From Octopus sinensis (taxonomy: Eukaryota), in the NCBI RefSeq assembly GCF_006345805.1, contig NC_043006.1:53134001-53198000 (forward strand): a stretch of 64,000 bases of DNA. Reading direction: 5' to 3'. A model generated the notes under the pieces. It worked only from the letters and a program-made list of their open reading frames with translations, searched no databases and had not been told where the DNA came from. Below, piece by piece: positions 37,263 to 50,059 of this stretch (its first letter is position 1; every line of letters begins with the position of its first letter). The translations under genes were made by a program, and so were the position numbers.

Positions 37263-38940
37263 AGTGTAGTGTGATTTGAAGGAAATCTAGCTGATATTTT
37301 TAGTACATTACATGACTGTGTAGAGCAGACAAGGCACTACTAAAAAAACAAAGGTAATTTTTCGTTTGACCTGCCAATAAGAAACTCCCGCGGGTTGCAT
37401 GTTGCCCATGGGTGGTATAGAGGTCAAGAGGTCACTTTCTTGACTGATTTAGAGATTTTTCGTAGGAAGTAATCCTAATACAATGTACTCTTGCATTATT
37501 TGATGTAAGATTATGCCAGCAACAATCCTAAATTCTATTTGTCGTATCATTTTTACACATATGGACCACTTATTGACAGATCATTGACCTTCCCAAATAG
37601 ATTTGGAAATCACATAGACGTTTTCACACACACACACGCGCGCGCGCGCGCGCGCGCGCACGCACACATCAACTCTTCAGACTCTATCCTCTTCCTCTCT
37701 TTCCTATTTTCTTCTTCGTGATCTTGTTCTCCGTCTTCTGTTTTTCGCCTGTTTTGTTGCTCCTCTCTTTTAATCCATCCCTTTGTCTTTGCCTGCTTAA
37801 CCCTCCTCCTATTCTGTTGCCTAGCCTTTCTCTTACACCTCTCTCTCTCTCTTTCTCCAACATCTCTCCATATCGCTCCTTTCTTTTCTATCCCTCCCTT
37901 CGTCATCATCTATATACTCCTCATTTTCTACAATCATCTTCATTCTATTTTCCCCCCTCTTACCTACCTGCTCTGTCCCATGTTGTTTACATCTATTTCA
38001 ACAAGCGTTAGTCCTTCTCCTACCTCACCACCTCCTGTGCAGGAAGTTAATCTCCATTCTAGAAGAGTTCTACTATAAATGTCAATAGTCACTACATATC
38101 TCTGCTTTCATCTTCATCGCTTTCTTTCTTTGTTTTTCTTTTTAATCACTTTGATTGTTGTAGTAATGATATTGGTGGTATTGATGGCGGTGGTTGTGGT
38201 GATGTTGATGGTGGTTGAAGGGGTTATTTTGTTGCTATGTAACCACCAAATCTTCCTTGATCAACCAGTCTACTACTGAAGACCTTCCGATTTTGACCAT
38301 CCTATCTTCGTTTTTTTTCAGCGCGAATGTATCTAGGGAACACTTCGTTCATTTTAGTTTTCTTCTTTATGTGATAGTGTTTAGTTTGAGGGAGATTTGA
38401 CTAGTATTTCGAATCTAGTCGGTGTGGCTGCCAGCATCAATTCTGTTCGAATTGATTTCATATTCAGTGTAACAATACACTTTTATAGGCTAATGAATGA
38501 CATGAAAATCATTTTCGCTATAAATCAATAAATTAAGAGTTATTAGCTTTTTAAAGTTTGAAAATCTTGCGTAATTTTAGTTAATCGTAAGCCACACACA
38601 CACATTCATGCCTGTTTCCAAAGTAACAAGCTAAAACATGAAAACTCTTTTGTCGGTGAGATAAAACGTGTTGACAAATATATTATACGCTGTGTTCTGC
38701 TGCTTGCACCCTGGTCGAGAGATGTGTCAAAAATAACAGCTAGATAGGCCTTATATCACGCACCACCACCACCATTTTTGGTGGGGTGGAGGTTGCATAA
38801 TCGTATGAATTCCCGAGTGTAGAATACAAATTTGCAAAAGTTTTCTGAGAGTTCCAAAAAATAAAAAAAATTACAAGAGGTCATATGTTGCGCATAAACC
38901 AGAAGTTGATTTATTTACGGTTTCATATTAAAATACGTCG

Positions 38941-39178
38941 TGGAAGCGCGTGGCTTAATGGTTAGGCTGTCAGCATCATGATCGTAAGATTGTGGTTTCG
39001 ATTCCTGGACCGGGCGACGCGTTGTGTTCTTGAGCAAAACACTTCATTTCACGTTGCTCCAGTCCACTCAGCCGGCAAAAATGAGTAACGTTTTGATGGA
39101 CTGGCGTCCCGTCCAGCTGGGAAACACATACGCCATAGAAACCGGGCCCATGAGCCTGGCTAGGCTTTAAAAGGGCGC

Positions 39179-39210
<32 letters not shown>
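38941..39210 (+). mobile_element. SINE family C, near full length, (TTA)n tail, probable 14-bp TSD
   Basis: tRNA-like head gcgcgtggcttaatggttagg..ggtttcgattcc; flanks tattaaaatacgtc / tattaaattacgtc. Confidence 0.85.
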
Positions 39211-39211
<1 letters not shown>

Positions 39212-40231
39212 AATTACGTCACGCACAAAATCACAGCTTCTAAATCCTATTTTCTGACTCGGTGAAAATTATCAAACTTTAAACCTCTATTACTTTTTTT
39301 TTTCATTCTGGAAAAAAGTGAAATATCTCCTGAGATTCAAGTTGGAAAACCACCTTATTGTACTAAATTTTAAAATTTTCGATAAACTTTGAATTTTGGG
39401 AACTTTCAGCCAAACTGAAAAGATCTGAAATCAGAAAAATAAAAGGAACCTCAGGTCTTTTCTGTTTGGTTACCGGCGTCAATTTTTTTGTTTGAATTAA
39501 TTTCATATTCAGTATAATGATACACTTTTATAGGCTAATTAATGGCGTGATAGTAATTTTCGTTTATAAATAAATAAAGAGTTATTAATAATTAAAATTT
39601 GAAAATTTTGGTAATTTTAGCCAATCGTAAGCCAGGCACATTCATGTCTGTTTTGATAGTAACAAGCGGACACATGAGAACTCTTTTGCCTGTTACCATA
39701 GTAACAGTTTTGAAAAATCTTTTATCTGCGAAGAAGCATGTGTTGACAAATGTTTGTTTTCTCGTTTCTTTTTGTCATTGAGCATTGAGGTGGTTATGAG
39801 GTGTGCTAAAAATAACAGTTAAATAAGTTTTTTTTTATAAATCTTTTGAATTAAAGTTTATTTGCCAACATCTCACTCCTGTTTTTCTCTTTTAAATTAA
39901 CATAGACATTTATTTACGTGAAAGAAAATTACTGAAGAACTTTCTTATTCTTTCTGTTAAAAATTGTAATGTGTTTATCGCATGTAACGTGTTATTTATT
40001 GCATTTGCATGAAACACTACTGGTTGTGAGGCGTGCTAAAAATAACAGCTAAATAAGATTTATTTACATGAAAGAAAATTACTGGAGACATAACATATGT
40101 TGTCCACGAATATTGACAACACGTGCTATTTTCAAGATGTTGACGACAAAATGTGCAGTTATGCACAAAATGACAGCTTCCAAATTCTGTTTCCTGACTG
40201 GATGAAAATGATCAAACTTTAAACCTATTTA

Positions 40232-40625
40232 CTCTTTTACTTGTTTCAGTCATTTTACTGTGGCCATGCTGGAGCACCGCCTTTAGTCGAGCAAATCGAC
40301 CCCAGGACTTATTCTTTGTAAGCCTAGTACTTATTCTATTAGTCCTTTTTGCGGAACCGCTAAGTTACGGGGACGTAAACACACCAGCATCGGTTGTCAA
40401 GCGATGTTGGGGGGGACAAACACAGACACACAAACATACACATACATATATATATATATACGACGGGCTTCTTTCAGTTCCCGTCTACCAAATCCACTCA
40501 CAAGTCTTTGGTCAGCCTGAGGCTATAGTAGAAGACACTTGCCCAAGGTGCCACGCAGTGGGACTCAACCTGGAACCATGTGGTTGGTAAGCAAGCCACT
40601 TACCACACAGCCACTCCTACGCCTA
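40232..40625 (-). mobile_element. SINE family A, full length
   Basis: Reverse complement of the A consensus. Confidence 0.9.
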
Positions 40626-40767
40626 TAATTTTTTTTTAATATTTTTCTGGAAAAAAATGAAATAACTGCAGCAATTCAGTTTGGACAAGTGTATTATTGT
40701 GCCAAATTTTAAAATTTTCATTAAACTTTAATTTTTGGAGCAACTGGCAACCAAACAGAAAAGAGCC

Positions 40768-40990
40768 GGAACCTCTGCTGAAGCATTCAAAAAAGCATTG
40801 GATAAAATCCTACTGATGACACCAGGCCAGCCAAGTATTCAGAGATGCACTCAGGGAAGATCAGCTGCTATAAATTCAATCATAGACCAACTTCCTGCTA
40901 TAAAGTGACAACAAAAGTGATAGAAAATAAGTTAAGGTGATGCTCCAGCATGTCCACAGACCTACAACTGAAACCATTTAAAAAATAAAA
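40768..40990 (+). mobile_element. CR1-like LINE 3' end (ORF2 terminus + short 3'UTR)
   Basis: GTSAEAFKKALDKILLMTPGQP..RSAAINSIIDQ* resembles CR1 FK..LD.FL..IPDQP..RAA.SNSL.DQ; the UTR resembles the SINE A tail. Confidence 0.7.
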
Positions 40991-41093
40991 GAAATAATCT
41001 AATTGACCTATAATCCAAAAGTATTTTCCCCATAAGTATCCAATTCTTTCTTAACATAGTGTATTTATAACTACATTATTTAATGCATCTTTG

Positions 41094-41520
41094 AAGGCGG
41101 TAAGCTGGCAGAAACGTTAGCCCACTGGGCTGCTTAGCAATATTTCGTCTGCCGCTACGTTCTGAGTTCAAATTCCGCCGAGATTGACTTTGCCTTTCGT
41201 CCTTTTGGGGTCGATTAAATAAGTACCAGTTACGCACTGGGATCGATATAATCGACTTAATCAGTTTGTCTGTCCTTGTTTGTCCCCTCTGTGTGTAGCC
41301 CCTTGTGGGCAGTAAAGAAATAAGAAATGTTAGCATGCCAGGTGAAATACTTAATGGTATTTCGTCTGTCTTTACATTCTGAGTTCAAATTCCACAAAGG
41401 TCGACTTTGCCTTTCATGCATTCAGGGTTGATAAATTAAGTACCAGTTGCATACTGGGGTCGATCTAATCGACTGGCCCCCTCCTCAAAAATTTCGGGCC
41501 TGATGCCTAGAGTAGAAAAG
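41094..41520 (+). mobile_element. SINE B composite (tail-2 copy followed by a second copy)
   Basis: Junction aaagaaata|agaaatgttagc at about 41322. Confidence 0.85.
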
Positions 41521-41854
41521 ATTATTTAATGTGTCTCTCCCCCTTTTAAAGACAGTAGAATGTAATTTCATGACTATTTAGCTGCTATTTTAGCAGGTCA
41601 AACAACCATGTAGAGGCTCTTTTGTCATAACTTTTAACTTTCTCAGTTTTGGTCAACTAGAATTTAGAGTAAGGAATTTCCCTTTTAAGATTTCTGTGAT
41701 TCATGGCAGAAGCTAAAAAGTTAAGTAGTCTGTAAACAATGCTACAGCCAAAAAGATTTAATTCTTCTAATCTGCTTATCTCTTGTCTTAATTCCTTTCA
41801 TCTGCACACACATACACCCACCCACCCACCCACCCACCCACCCCCCCCACACAC

Positions 41855-41885
<31 letters not shown>

Positions 41886-42275
41886 AGACCGATATTTTAG
41901 TTTTGTCTAGTACCATATCATCTACAAATTCTCCTCATGCCAATTTGCTGTCCAGAGAAATATAACCAAAATACCAATACAACTGACAAAAATAATAAAC
42001 AAATAAACATTCAAGTTTGAGGAGAGACGGTATGCTCTCCATACAGTTTAAAGCAAAGAGGTTAGAGGATAGCACCCACTTCATTCCCTAGAACCTATTC
42101 TACAAAGAATACAACATTGCATGCCTAATTTTCAACATTGTGATTGTTATTGTAAAAAATTATTCAAATCCAGTCATCAAAATGTGGTTCGTTGGTGTGT
42201 GTATGTTATATTCTATATATATATCTCCATATACATGTAGATTGGTTGGTTTCTCTAGTCATGCTTTATGTCCTG

Positions 42276-42850
42276 TCATCATCATCATCATCATTTAACA
42301 TCCGTTTTCCAAGCTGGTATGGGTTGGATGGTTTGACAGGAGCTGACCAGCATGTCCATTTTGGCATGGTTTCTATGAATGCTCTCCCTAACGCCAACCA
42401 CTTTACAGAGTATATTGGGTGCTTTTACACAGCACTAGCATGGGTACAATTACGTGGCACCAGTACTGGTGCTTTTTATGTGGAACTAGTGTCTACAAGC
42501 CTCCAAGATTAGGAACGCTCAGCTGGAGAGAGATGCAGGGGATAAGCCTGTGTGCAAGGACAACCATGCTTTTACTTAGCTTGACAAGTCTTTTCGAGCA
42601 CAGCAAACTGCCAGGAGTCTCGATCTCTGTCATCCCTTCTGTGAGTCCCAACATCTGTAGATCCTTTCTCACTACTTCATCCCATATCTTCTTGGTCTAT
42701 TCCTTCCACATGCTCCCTCTACAATTAGGGATCAGCACCTCTTGATGCAATTGTCTTCATTCATATGCATTACATGGTCATACCAGCACAGTCTTCTCTC
42801 TTGAACACTACATCTAATGCCTTGTATAGCCAGATTTTCTCTCAAATCAC
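42276..42850 (-). mobile_element. RTE LINE 3' end (ORF terminus, 3'UTR, (GAT)n tail)
   Basis: LRENLAIQGIRCSVQERRLCWYDHVMHMNEDNCIKRC*SLIVEGACGRNRP..WDEVVRKDL..DRDSW, typical of RTE C-termini. Confidence 0.85.
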
Positions 42851-42929
42851 TTATCTTAAAAATCCCTTAAACTGTCATATATGCACATATAAATAAATGT
42901 GCATGTGTGTATACATACACACACAGATG

Positions 42930-42960
<31 letters not shown>

Positions 42961-43241
42961 TTAATGAAAGAAGTTAAATTTGGAAGAAGAACATTGAAAT
43001 TCTCAAACAGTAGTAGGCACGATGGTAAAGATAAGAAAAGTTATTTGGTCATTGGACACCAAATACATGGCACACATTTAAACATACATATTCACACACA
43101 TGCACACATAAAGGCATTACCTCAGTTTAAGTAGAATAACCATGACAAGCAGTTGGTAGGAAGAGGTAGAGAACAAGTAAGTTCATATAGTCGTGTGTGT
43201 GTGTGTAGACCAGTATACCAAATTATATCAATACATTTTAA

Positions 43242-43455
43242 CCCTTTCATTACCAACTTGGCTGAAAGCAGCTCTGAGTACAAATGTCTTGTTTTCATAA
43301 GTTTTGAATTAAAATCTTCCACCAAACCATAGTCACAATTTATGTTCCTAACACTAGATGAATGATATCTAAGTTATTTTACTAAATTCTTTGTTATATT
43401 TAAAGTAATTGAAAGTAACACAGAGCATCACAAAATAAATACAGTAGCGAAAGGG
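43242..43455. mobile_element. piggyBac-like MITE, 214 bp
   Basis: TTAA-CCCTTTCATTAC ... GTAGCGAAAGGG-TTAA. Confidence 0.8.
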
Positions 43456-43659
43456 TTAACATGCTGAGTTAATTTACATTTCTGATATCTCTTAGTTTTC
43501 TCCCTTCCTGTCTGCCACTTCGGCATGGGTGAATCTTAGCTGAGATTGTATCCTGCATTATTGTTGTGTTTTAGCCACCATTCAAAGACTATATAGTGAT
43601 TCTTCACATTCATAAAACACTCAGAAAATACTACACAATTTTTTTTAAAAATTGACTCA

Positions 43660-44250
43660 CTGATCTGGAAGTCAATTGGAACATCCTGGGGAGGAGCATC
43701 TCAAACAATACCAAGATCATGTTCATTAGTTTATTACAACTGCATAGCTGAATATTGTACCTCACCCCAGCTTGGTTATAAGGTGCCAATACAAACAACA
43801 TCTACACCCAGCTAAATGAAATAATGTAGATGACATCTAATCCCATTAAATCTTCACTTTTGAAATGGTTGTCTATAATGGATTCGACTACTCAAAAAGC
43901 ACACCATCATATTAGAAACACATACTGAATCAAATAATCAATATCGTGTCCATTATTTCAAGATTAAAATCAAGAAACTTTATCAATAAATCAGTAAAAA
44001 TAAAATTCAACACTATAGAAGCCTGGAGAGGTGATCTGAGGGAGCACCTTCCATGCAATGGTGACACGGTTGAACTACCCACCTATTGTGTAGTCTTTCA
44101 TTTAACCAGAATGCTGTAGATTTTTGCAGACAGGTTGAACCCAGGACACAGCAGAACAGTGGCTAACCTGAATTGATGAGGATATCGTAAATCCTCCATA
44201 TGCCTAGCATATCATGTATCTTCACAACATATAGTCTACTTTATGTTGTA
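43660..44250 (+). pseudogene. Degraded Ingi/Vingi-like LINE ORF C-terminal remnant
   Basis: Pieces IGTSWGGA..IAEYCTSP..TQLNE resemble the WGA....LR...AEYC.P.W...D.QLN..MR motif; many stops. Confidence 0.45.
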
Positions 44251-44387
44251 GTGTTCAACCACATTCATCTTGTTGGTGTGGGGTAGCAAAAATGGACTGA
44301 CCTATGATGCAATCAAGGTTTATTGATTAGATTCTGAACATAAATTTGAAGATATATGAGAACTGTATGAAACAATAACAAGGGACC

Positions 44388-44427
44388 CTGATGAGGTTCC
44401 AGAAGTAAACTGAAATAGGAGCTCGTA
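44388..44427 (+). ncRNA. Hammerhead-like core, incomplete
   Basis: CTGATGA-GGTT-9 nt-AACT-GAAA-taggagctc-GTA; stem II forms and the stem III loop holds palindromic GAGCTC; no stem I partner. Confidence 0.25.
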
Positions 44428-46114
44428 AATACTGTAAATACTCAAATAATAAATAAACACTTATAGATCTTGGAGGGATGACACTAGAAATTTATACCAG
44501 ACGGATTTGAACTCAGCATAAAGAAAACTTCTCACCAGCCTATTCTCACCGGAAATAACTCCTCCTCCTCTCTCTCTCTCTCTCTCTCTTTCAGCTAACA
44601 TACCATCTTAAGAAAACATAAATAATGTAAACCATAATGCTCTATTTTCTTGAAGCTAGTTAGTTCAACAACACAATATTTTTTATGATTCTTTAAAGTC
44701 TGGAATTTCATAGCTACAAGAGTTTTAGTTGTCTTTAAATTCCATTCTTTACCCAGACAGTTCCTTTTATTTGATTAGCTTTGTCTGTCTGCAGATAAAA
44801 TACCCACCAAACACTATAGTCTTTTCTTATTTTTGTGTGTGTATAATAAACAAAAGAAAGCCAGCTGTGCTTAACTTCATATTTAGCAGGATGAGGGACC
44901 CCCACTTTCTTTCATTTTTTTTTAAAGAACTTTTTGTTTGCTATTTTAAAGACAGTATACAATTTGGGTTTTAATTTTTCCTTTTTTGCTTTTTATTTTA
45001 TTTTTGTTTCTATGTTTACCAAAACAGAAGCTTAAATTTCTGACTAGTATTTTCTTTTGTTTATTATTTTCTTTTGTTGTTTTTTTTACAATTATTTTTA
45101 GTTTTCCCTAAATAAACTTAACATTAATCCTCTCTCATTTCAAAAGGGAGAAAATATGCATGTGTATGTATGTGTGAGCTTATGTGCATTTCTATGCAAG
45201 TATGAGTAAGTCTCATAGTATGTGCTTGTGTATGTGTTTATCCGTGGGTTGGAGAGGTACAGACAGAGAAGCAGGCCAAGTGGTTAAAAAATTTCTTTTG
45301 CAATCATGAGGTTCCAGGTTTGATCCCTCTACTTGGAATTTTGCTCAAGTGTATTTTGCCTCCTCGGCAAAAACTAATGAAACAGGGTGGAAGCCTGGAC
45401 AGTGGATTGTACTTGTAATTCAAAGTGTTTATTTTGTCCTATTCTGACTCAGTTATTAATTCATAGTGCAACACATAATATTGTTGAATAATTTGAACAG
45501 CAATGTATTATATACATTTCAATAAACAAACATTGTTGGGAAAAGTAAACAAACTGGTTACACTGCAGGTTTAGTCTTCTGTAGATAAGAAAAAGTGAGA
45601 TCAATTTTACTAGTTTCAAGCATTCTTACATCAACATCAATGAAAGCCTTTTTTTTTTCATAGTTAAATAGCTTATAACTATTTATAGTGTATACAAACT
45701 AGAATTCAGCTAAATTGGTCAAGTTAATTTGCATAACACAGTTTTGGATAATTTGAAATATACTTTCTTATAATCCATATTCAAAGTCCTAATTTATATA
45801 CACTATTAATAGGTATCTTTCTAAAGATTGTAAATGAGTATTCTTTTACTGTTGAAGTTTTGTGAAGACATAAATTGGTGTTACTTCTGCTCACAGAAAT
45901 TAAAACACAAGGTTTAATTGTTAATTAAAAAAGATATACCTAACATTTGAAGATGTGTGTGCAAATATGTGTGCACACATACACCTAATTTATCCATGTT
46001 CAGTATAGACACCTAATATTCATTTGTGTTAATATTAAGCATCCCTAATATTAATTGGTAAAGCAAAAAGCGAAATATTATATAAAAACTCTATTGACAG
46101 TTGTCAATAGCAGT

Positions 46115-46305
46115 TTATTCCTGTCTCAACCTGGCCTCACTCTCAGCGTTATTCATGGCATGTAAATAAGCTTGCAGAATTATAATAAATAGAAGAGAGA
46201 GAACTGAATCCTGATAAACACCTACCTGCATACTAAATTCCTTACTGAACTCATTGCCAATTCTTACTTTGCCAAATGCATCTTTGTACATCGCTTGCAA
46301 TTACC
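46115..46305 (-). pseudogene. RTE RT fragment
   Basis: QAMYKDAFGKVRIGNEFSKEFSMQVGVYQDSVLSLLFIIIL matches RTE V.VGVHQGSVLSPLLF. Confidence 0.8.
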
Positions 46306-46939
46306 TCACAAGCCCTCACACGCCATTCATTTTGACGTTGGTGGTCTTTAGTTTTCCTAAAAACCACCAGTCAAAAGATTGTGGCACACACACATAAAAA
46401 CATGTATGTTATTATAGCCAACAAACACATAACTTCAAAGGTGCTGTTAAATTTTCATTATAAATTAATTGAAATGCTTTACTTAACTGTACTTAGTAAT
46501 GTTTTGAGTGATCCTTCATATCAGACTATTTCATATATAGCTGCAAGTAAAAATAAACACATACACTTGTTTTTATTCAGTCAGGCAAACTAAAGCAAGC
46601 ACTTATGACCTTGGGCTCATATAAGTTGCTACAGTAAGATCTGATCATATATGTGATTCAGCATTTTAACATAATTACCAATGATGTTTGAAAATTTTCC
46701 TAATTAAGTACAAGTGCACAGGCATGGATGTGTGGTTAAAAAAGTTTTGTTCCCTACTCATGTTGTTTTGAGTTCAGTTTCGCTGCATGATGCCTTGAAC
46801 TAGTGTTTTTTACTATTGCTGACCTAAGCCCTTTGAGAGAATTTGGTAGGTGGAAACTAGAAGCAGTTTATAGCATATATACATGTTGATGTATTTGTTT
46901 GTTTACATTTGTGCTCAGTTTTGTTATCACTTCTCCTCT

Positions 46940-47343
46940 TTTACTTACTTCAGTCATTTGACTGTGGCCATGCTGGAACACCACCTTTAGTAGAGCAAAT
47001 CGACTCCAGGACTTATTCTTTGTAAGCCTAGTACTTATTCTATCGGTCTCTTTTGCCGAACCACTAACTTACTCTAAGTTACAGGAACGTAAACACACCA
47101 TCTGTTGTCAAGCAATGTCGGGAGGACAAAAACAGACACACAAATATATACACACACATATATATATATATACATATATACGACAGGCTTCTTTCTGTTT
47201 CCGTCTACCAAATCCACTCACAAGGCTTTGGTTGGCCTGATGCTATAGTAGAAGACACTTGCCCAAGGTGCCACGCAATGGGACTGAACCCAGAACCATG
47301 TGGTTTATAAGCAAGCTACTTACCACACAGCCACTCCTATGCC
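46940..47343 (-). mobile_element. SINE family A, full length
   Basis: Reverse complement of the A consensus. Confidence 0.9.
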
Positions 47344-48149
47344 TCCTGTTAAATTGTTTACTTCGTACCTTCAAACATATCTGAGATATGTTTGAGATGC
47401 CCCACTTGAAAGTCAAGCTAGATAGAGTTAGTGACAGCTGTTAAATAATGCCTCAATAATATATTCATCTAACCCATATTAGTATTGGAAAATAGAAATT
47501 AAACAAATAAATTACATATCTCATTAACTAATGGCTTTCTTTCTAATTATAAGGATGCAATTCTTATTGATTAAACATTTTTTTTGGCTAATTACACATT
47601 CAGTCTGTTGACCAACGCAACTATATTTATTGTAATGTCTAATTACAGCCTGTTTTTTCTCATCTTAGTTGTTAATTATGATGGATATTGACACACAAAT
47701 CCGTGCATGTTTGATCACATCAGTAAAAGGTTTGCTTCACAATCTCATGGTTCCTGGTTCAATTACACTATAAAGAACCTTGAACAAGTTTCTTTTATCA
47801 TATCCCTGGGTTGATCCTTCAAGATTGAAAGTGGTTATGAGGAAATTGTAGAGAAGCCTATCAGATGGACTGTATCTATCCTCTCTTCTCGTAGCAAACT
47901 TAATAAGCTGCTTAGTTTAACATCAATGCTGAACCAGTAGGTAACCTTGGCAAAGTTCACTTCGTTGCAGTCAGGTTACTGATTTGATAATAACACACCT
48001 GTTTATCCCTCTTACCTGTTTCAGAGATCTTTCACAAAAGTCATGAGAACTGCCTCTTTCTCCCCATCTCACATACTCATAAAAAAACAAGGTTTGATAA
48101 CATATCATTAAGGGCATTTGTATTATTATTGTTGTTGCTGTTAAGGTAA

Positions 48150-48425
48150 CAAAAAACAGAATTGTTAGAGCATCAGAAAAACTGCTCAGTAGCATTTTGT
48201 CCATCATTACATTCTGAATTCAAATTTCACCAAGGTTAGCTTTGCTTTTCATACTTTCAAGTTTGATAAAATAAGTATGAGTTGAGCATTGTTTCCGTCT
48301 ACCAAATCCTCTCACAAGGCTTTGGTCGGCCCGAGGCTATAGTAGAAGACACTTGCCCAAGGAGCCACGCAGTGGGACTGAACCCAGAACCATGTGGCTG
48401 GTAAGTAAGCTACTTACCACACACC
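48150..48425. mobile_element. Degenerate SINE B (+) fused to SINE A head (-)
   Basis: B body 48150-48285; A head 48290-48425. Confidence 0.75.
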
Positions 48426-48569
48426 CACAATAAATTTTGTTGGTCAGTACTGACCATGGGTTAAACAACAAAACAATATCATCATTACTATTACATTTTC
48501 CAACCACCACCATCGCCACCACATATACTTCAACCACTTAAATCAAGGATTGCAGGAAATGTTGTCTTC

Positions 48570-48819
48570 ACATACACACACTCTCTCTTTCTCTCTCACA
48601 CACTCCTCTCTCTCTCTTTCTCACACGCACACACACACACACTCCTCTCTCTCTCTTTCTCACACGCACACACACACTCCTCTCTCTCTCTCACACACAC
48701 ACACAGTCCTTCTCTCTCTCACACACACAACACTCCTCTCTCTCACACACAACACTCCTCTCTCTCTCACACAACACTCCTCTCTCTCACACACAACACT
48801 CCTCTCTCTCACACACACA

Positions 48820-48853
<34 letters not shown>

Positions 48854-48855
48854 TC

Positions 48856-48892
<37 letters not shown>

Positions 48893-49048
48893 TCCTCTCT
48901 CTCTCTCTCTCACAGACACACACTCTTCTCTCTCTCTCTCTCACAGACACACACTCCTCTCTCTCTCTCTCATACACACACTCCTTCTCTTTCTCTATCT
49001 CTCTCGCACACACACAGTCCTTCTCTCTCACTCTCTCTCTCTCTCTCT
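48570..49048. repeat. (CA)n(CT)n compound microsatellite
   Basis: Direct. Confidence 0.95.
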
Positions 49049-50059
49049 CATGCATTTTTTTTTTACTTCATCAATCCCCATTGTTTACAAAGAAGATCTG
49101 GGAAAATCAGTGCCAATTTATCGAACCCCTTCTCTTCCAGCCAATACTCACAACTACCACTTTTCTACTTTCTGCTACTATCTCTACTACACTGGCTTTG
49201 CAAAGTTTTCTTATAAGCTCTCTTCATTAATTGAAACACTTATAATTGATAAGCATTCTGTTTAATAACTATAATTTTTCGCCAGGAAATAACTGATTGG
49301 AGAAGAAAGCCAAGTTTTTTGTTAATTCAGGTATACATACAGTTTTTGTTTTGTTTTATACTTTCTTTTGTTACATAATTTAAACATGTTGGTTCAATTT
49401 GTCTCATAAAACCATGGATTCTGCACCTGAAAAGTTTTCTTTTGGTATGTGTTAACAGAGTAGCATTGGTTGTGGTTGTAGTGGTCCACACAACATTGAT
49501 AGTCCTTGATAGAGTGACTTCACTTGAAGGTACTGTCTGTTGAGGTTGTCTGGGCGCTGTTTTTTCCATAAATCTACTTTTCCTCATGTAACAAGACTCA
49601 ACTTCTCCACTTCGCTTTCTGAGCAATTATCTAGTTTTAAACACTTGCTTAGAATGGTCATTTGCAATGTCCTCATTTCTGTCAGTGCCCATATCCAGTG
49701 GCTTCAAAATGAAGGTACTGTTACCCTTTTAATCACTTGCTAGAAGCCAGTTCCCCATTTTGCAAGATTTTCAAAATTCTTCCATCTGATTACCCAGTGA
49801 ATGAGAACATTACTGATGAAGCTTGATAAAGAGGCTGGGTATCAGGAAGCAAGTCAAGATGGTATTGTTGATTACTTGATCAGTTTCAAAGATGGCCCAT
49901 GATGCATTTTGTTGCATAGTTTAAACAACAACAATAATAGTCCTTTCTACTATAAGCACAATTTCCACCTTCAGCTCTTCTTCTCTACCACTATGGGGTC
50001 CTCTATGCAGTTATATGACTTGCAAAGTTCAATATGTAGAGCTTACTGTCTTTAAAAAA

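Larger units (their letters stand above)
38449..40765. repeat. Diverged tandem pair of a ~750-bp unclassified repeat, each copy split by a different SINE
   Basis: Matching starts at 38449 and 39494 and matching segments gcacaaaat(c/g)acagcttc..gaaaat(t/g)atcaaactttaaacct; partial third copy at 8192-8272. Confidence 0.75.

Noticed and set aside
38945-39015. tRNA gene
   Set aside because: A/B boxes are present but there is no proper cloverleaf, and it continues into a SINE body and tail.
49327-49900. 99-aa minus ORF and surrounding unique-looking DNA
   Set aside because: No recognisable motif or splice pair; probably decayed LINE sequence.
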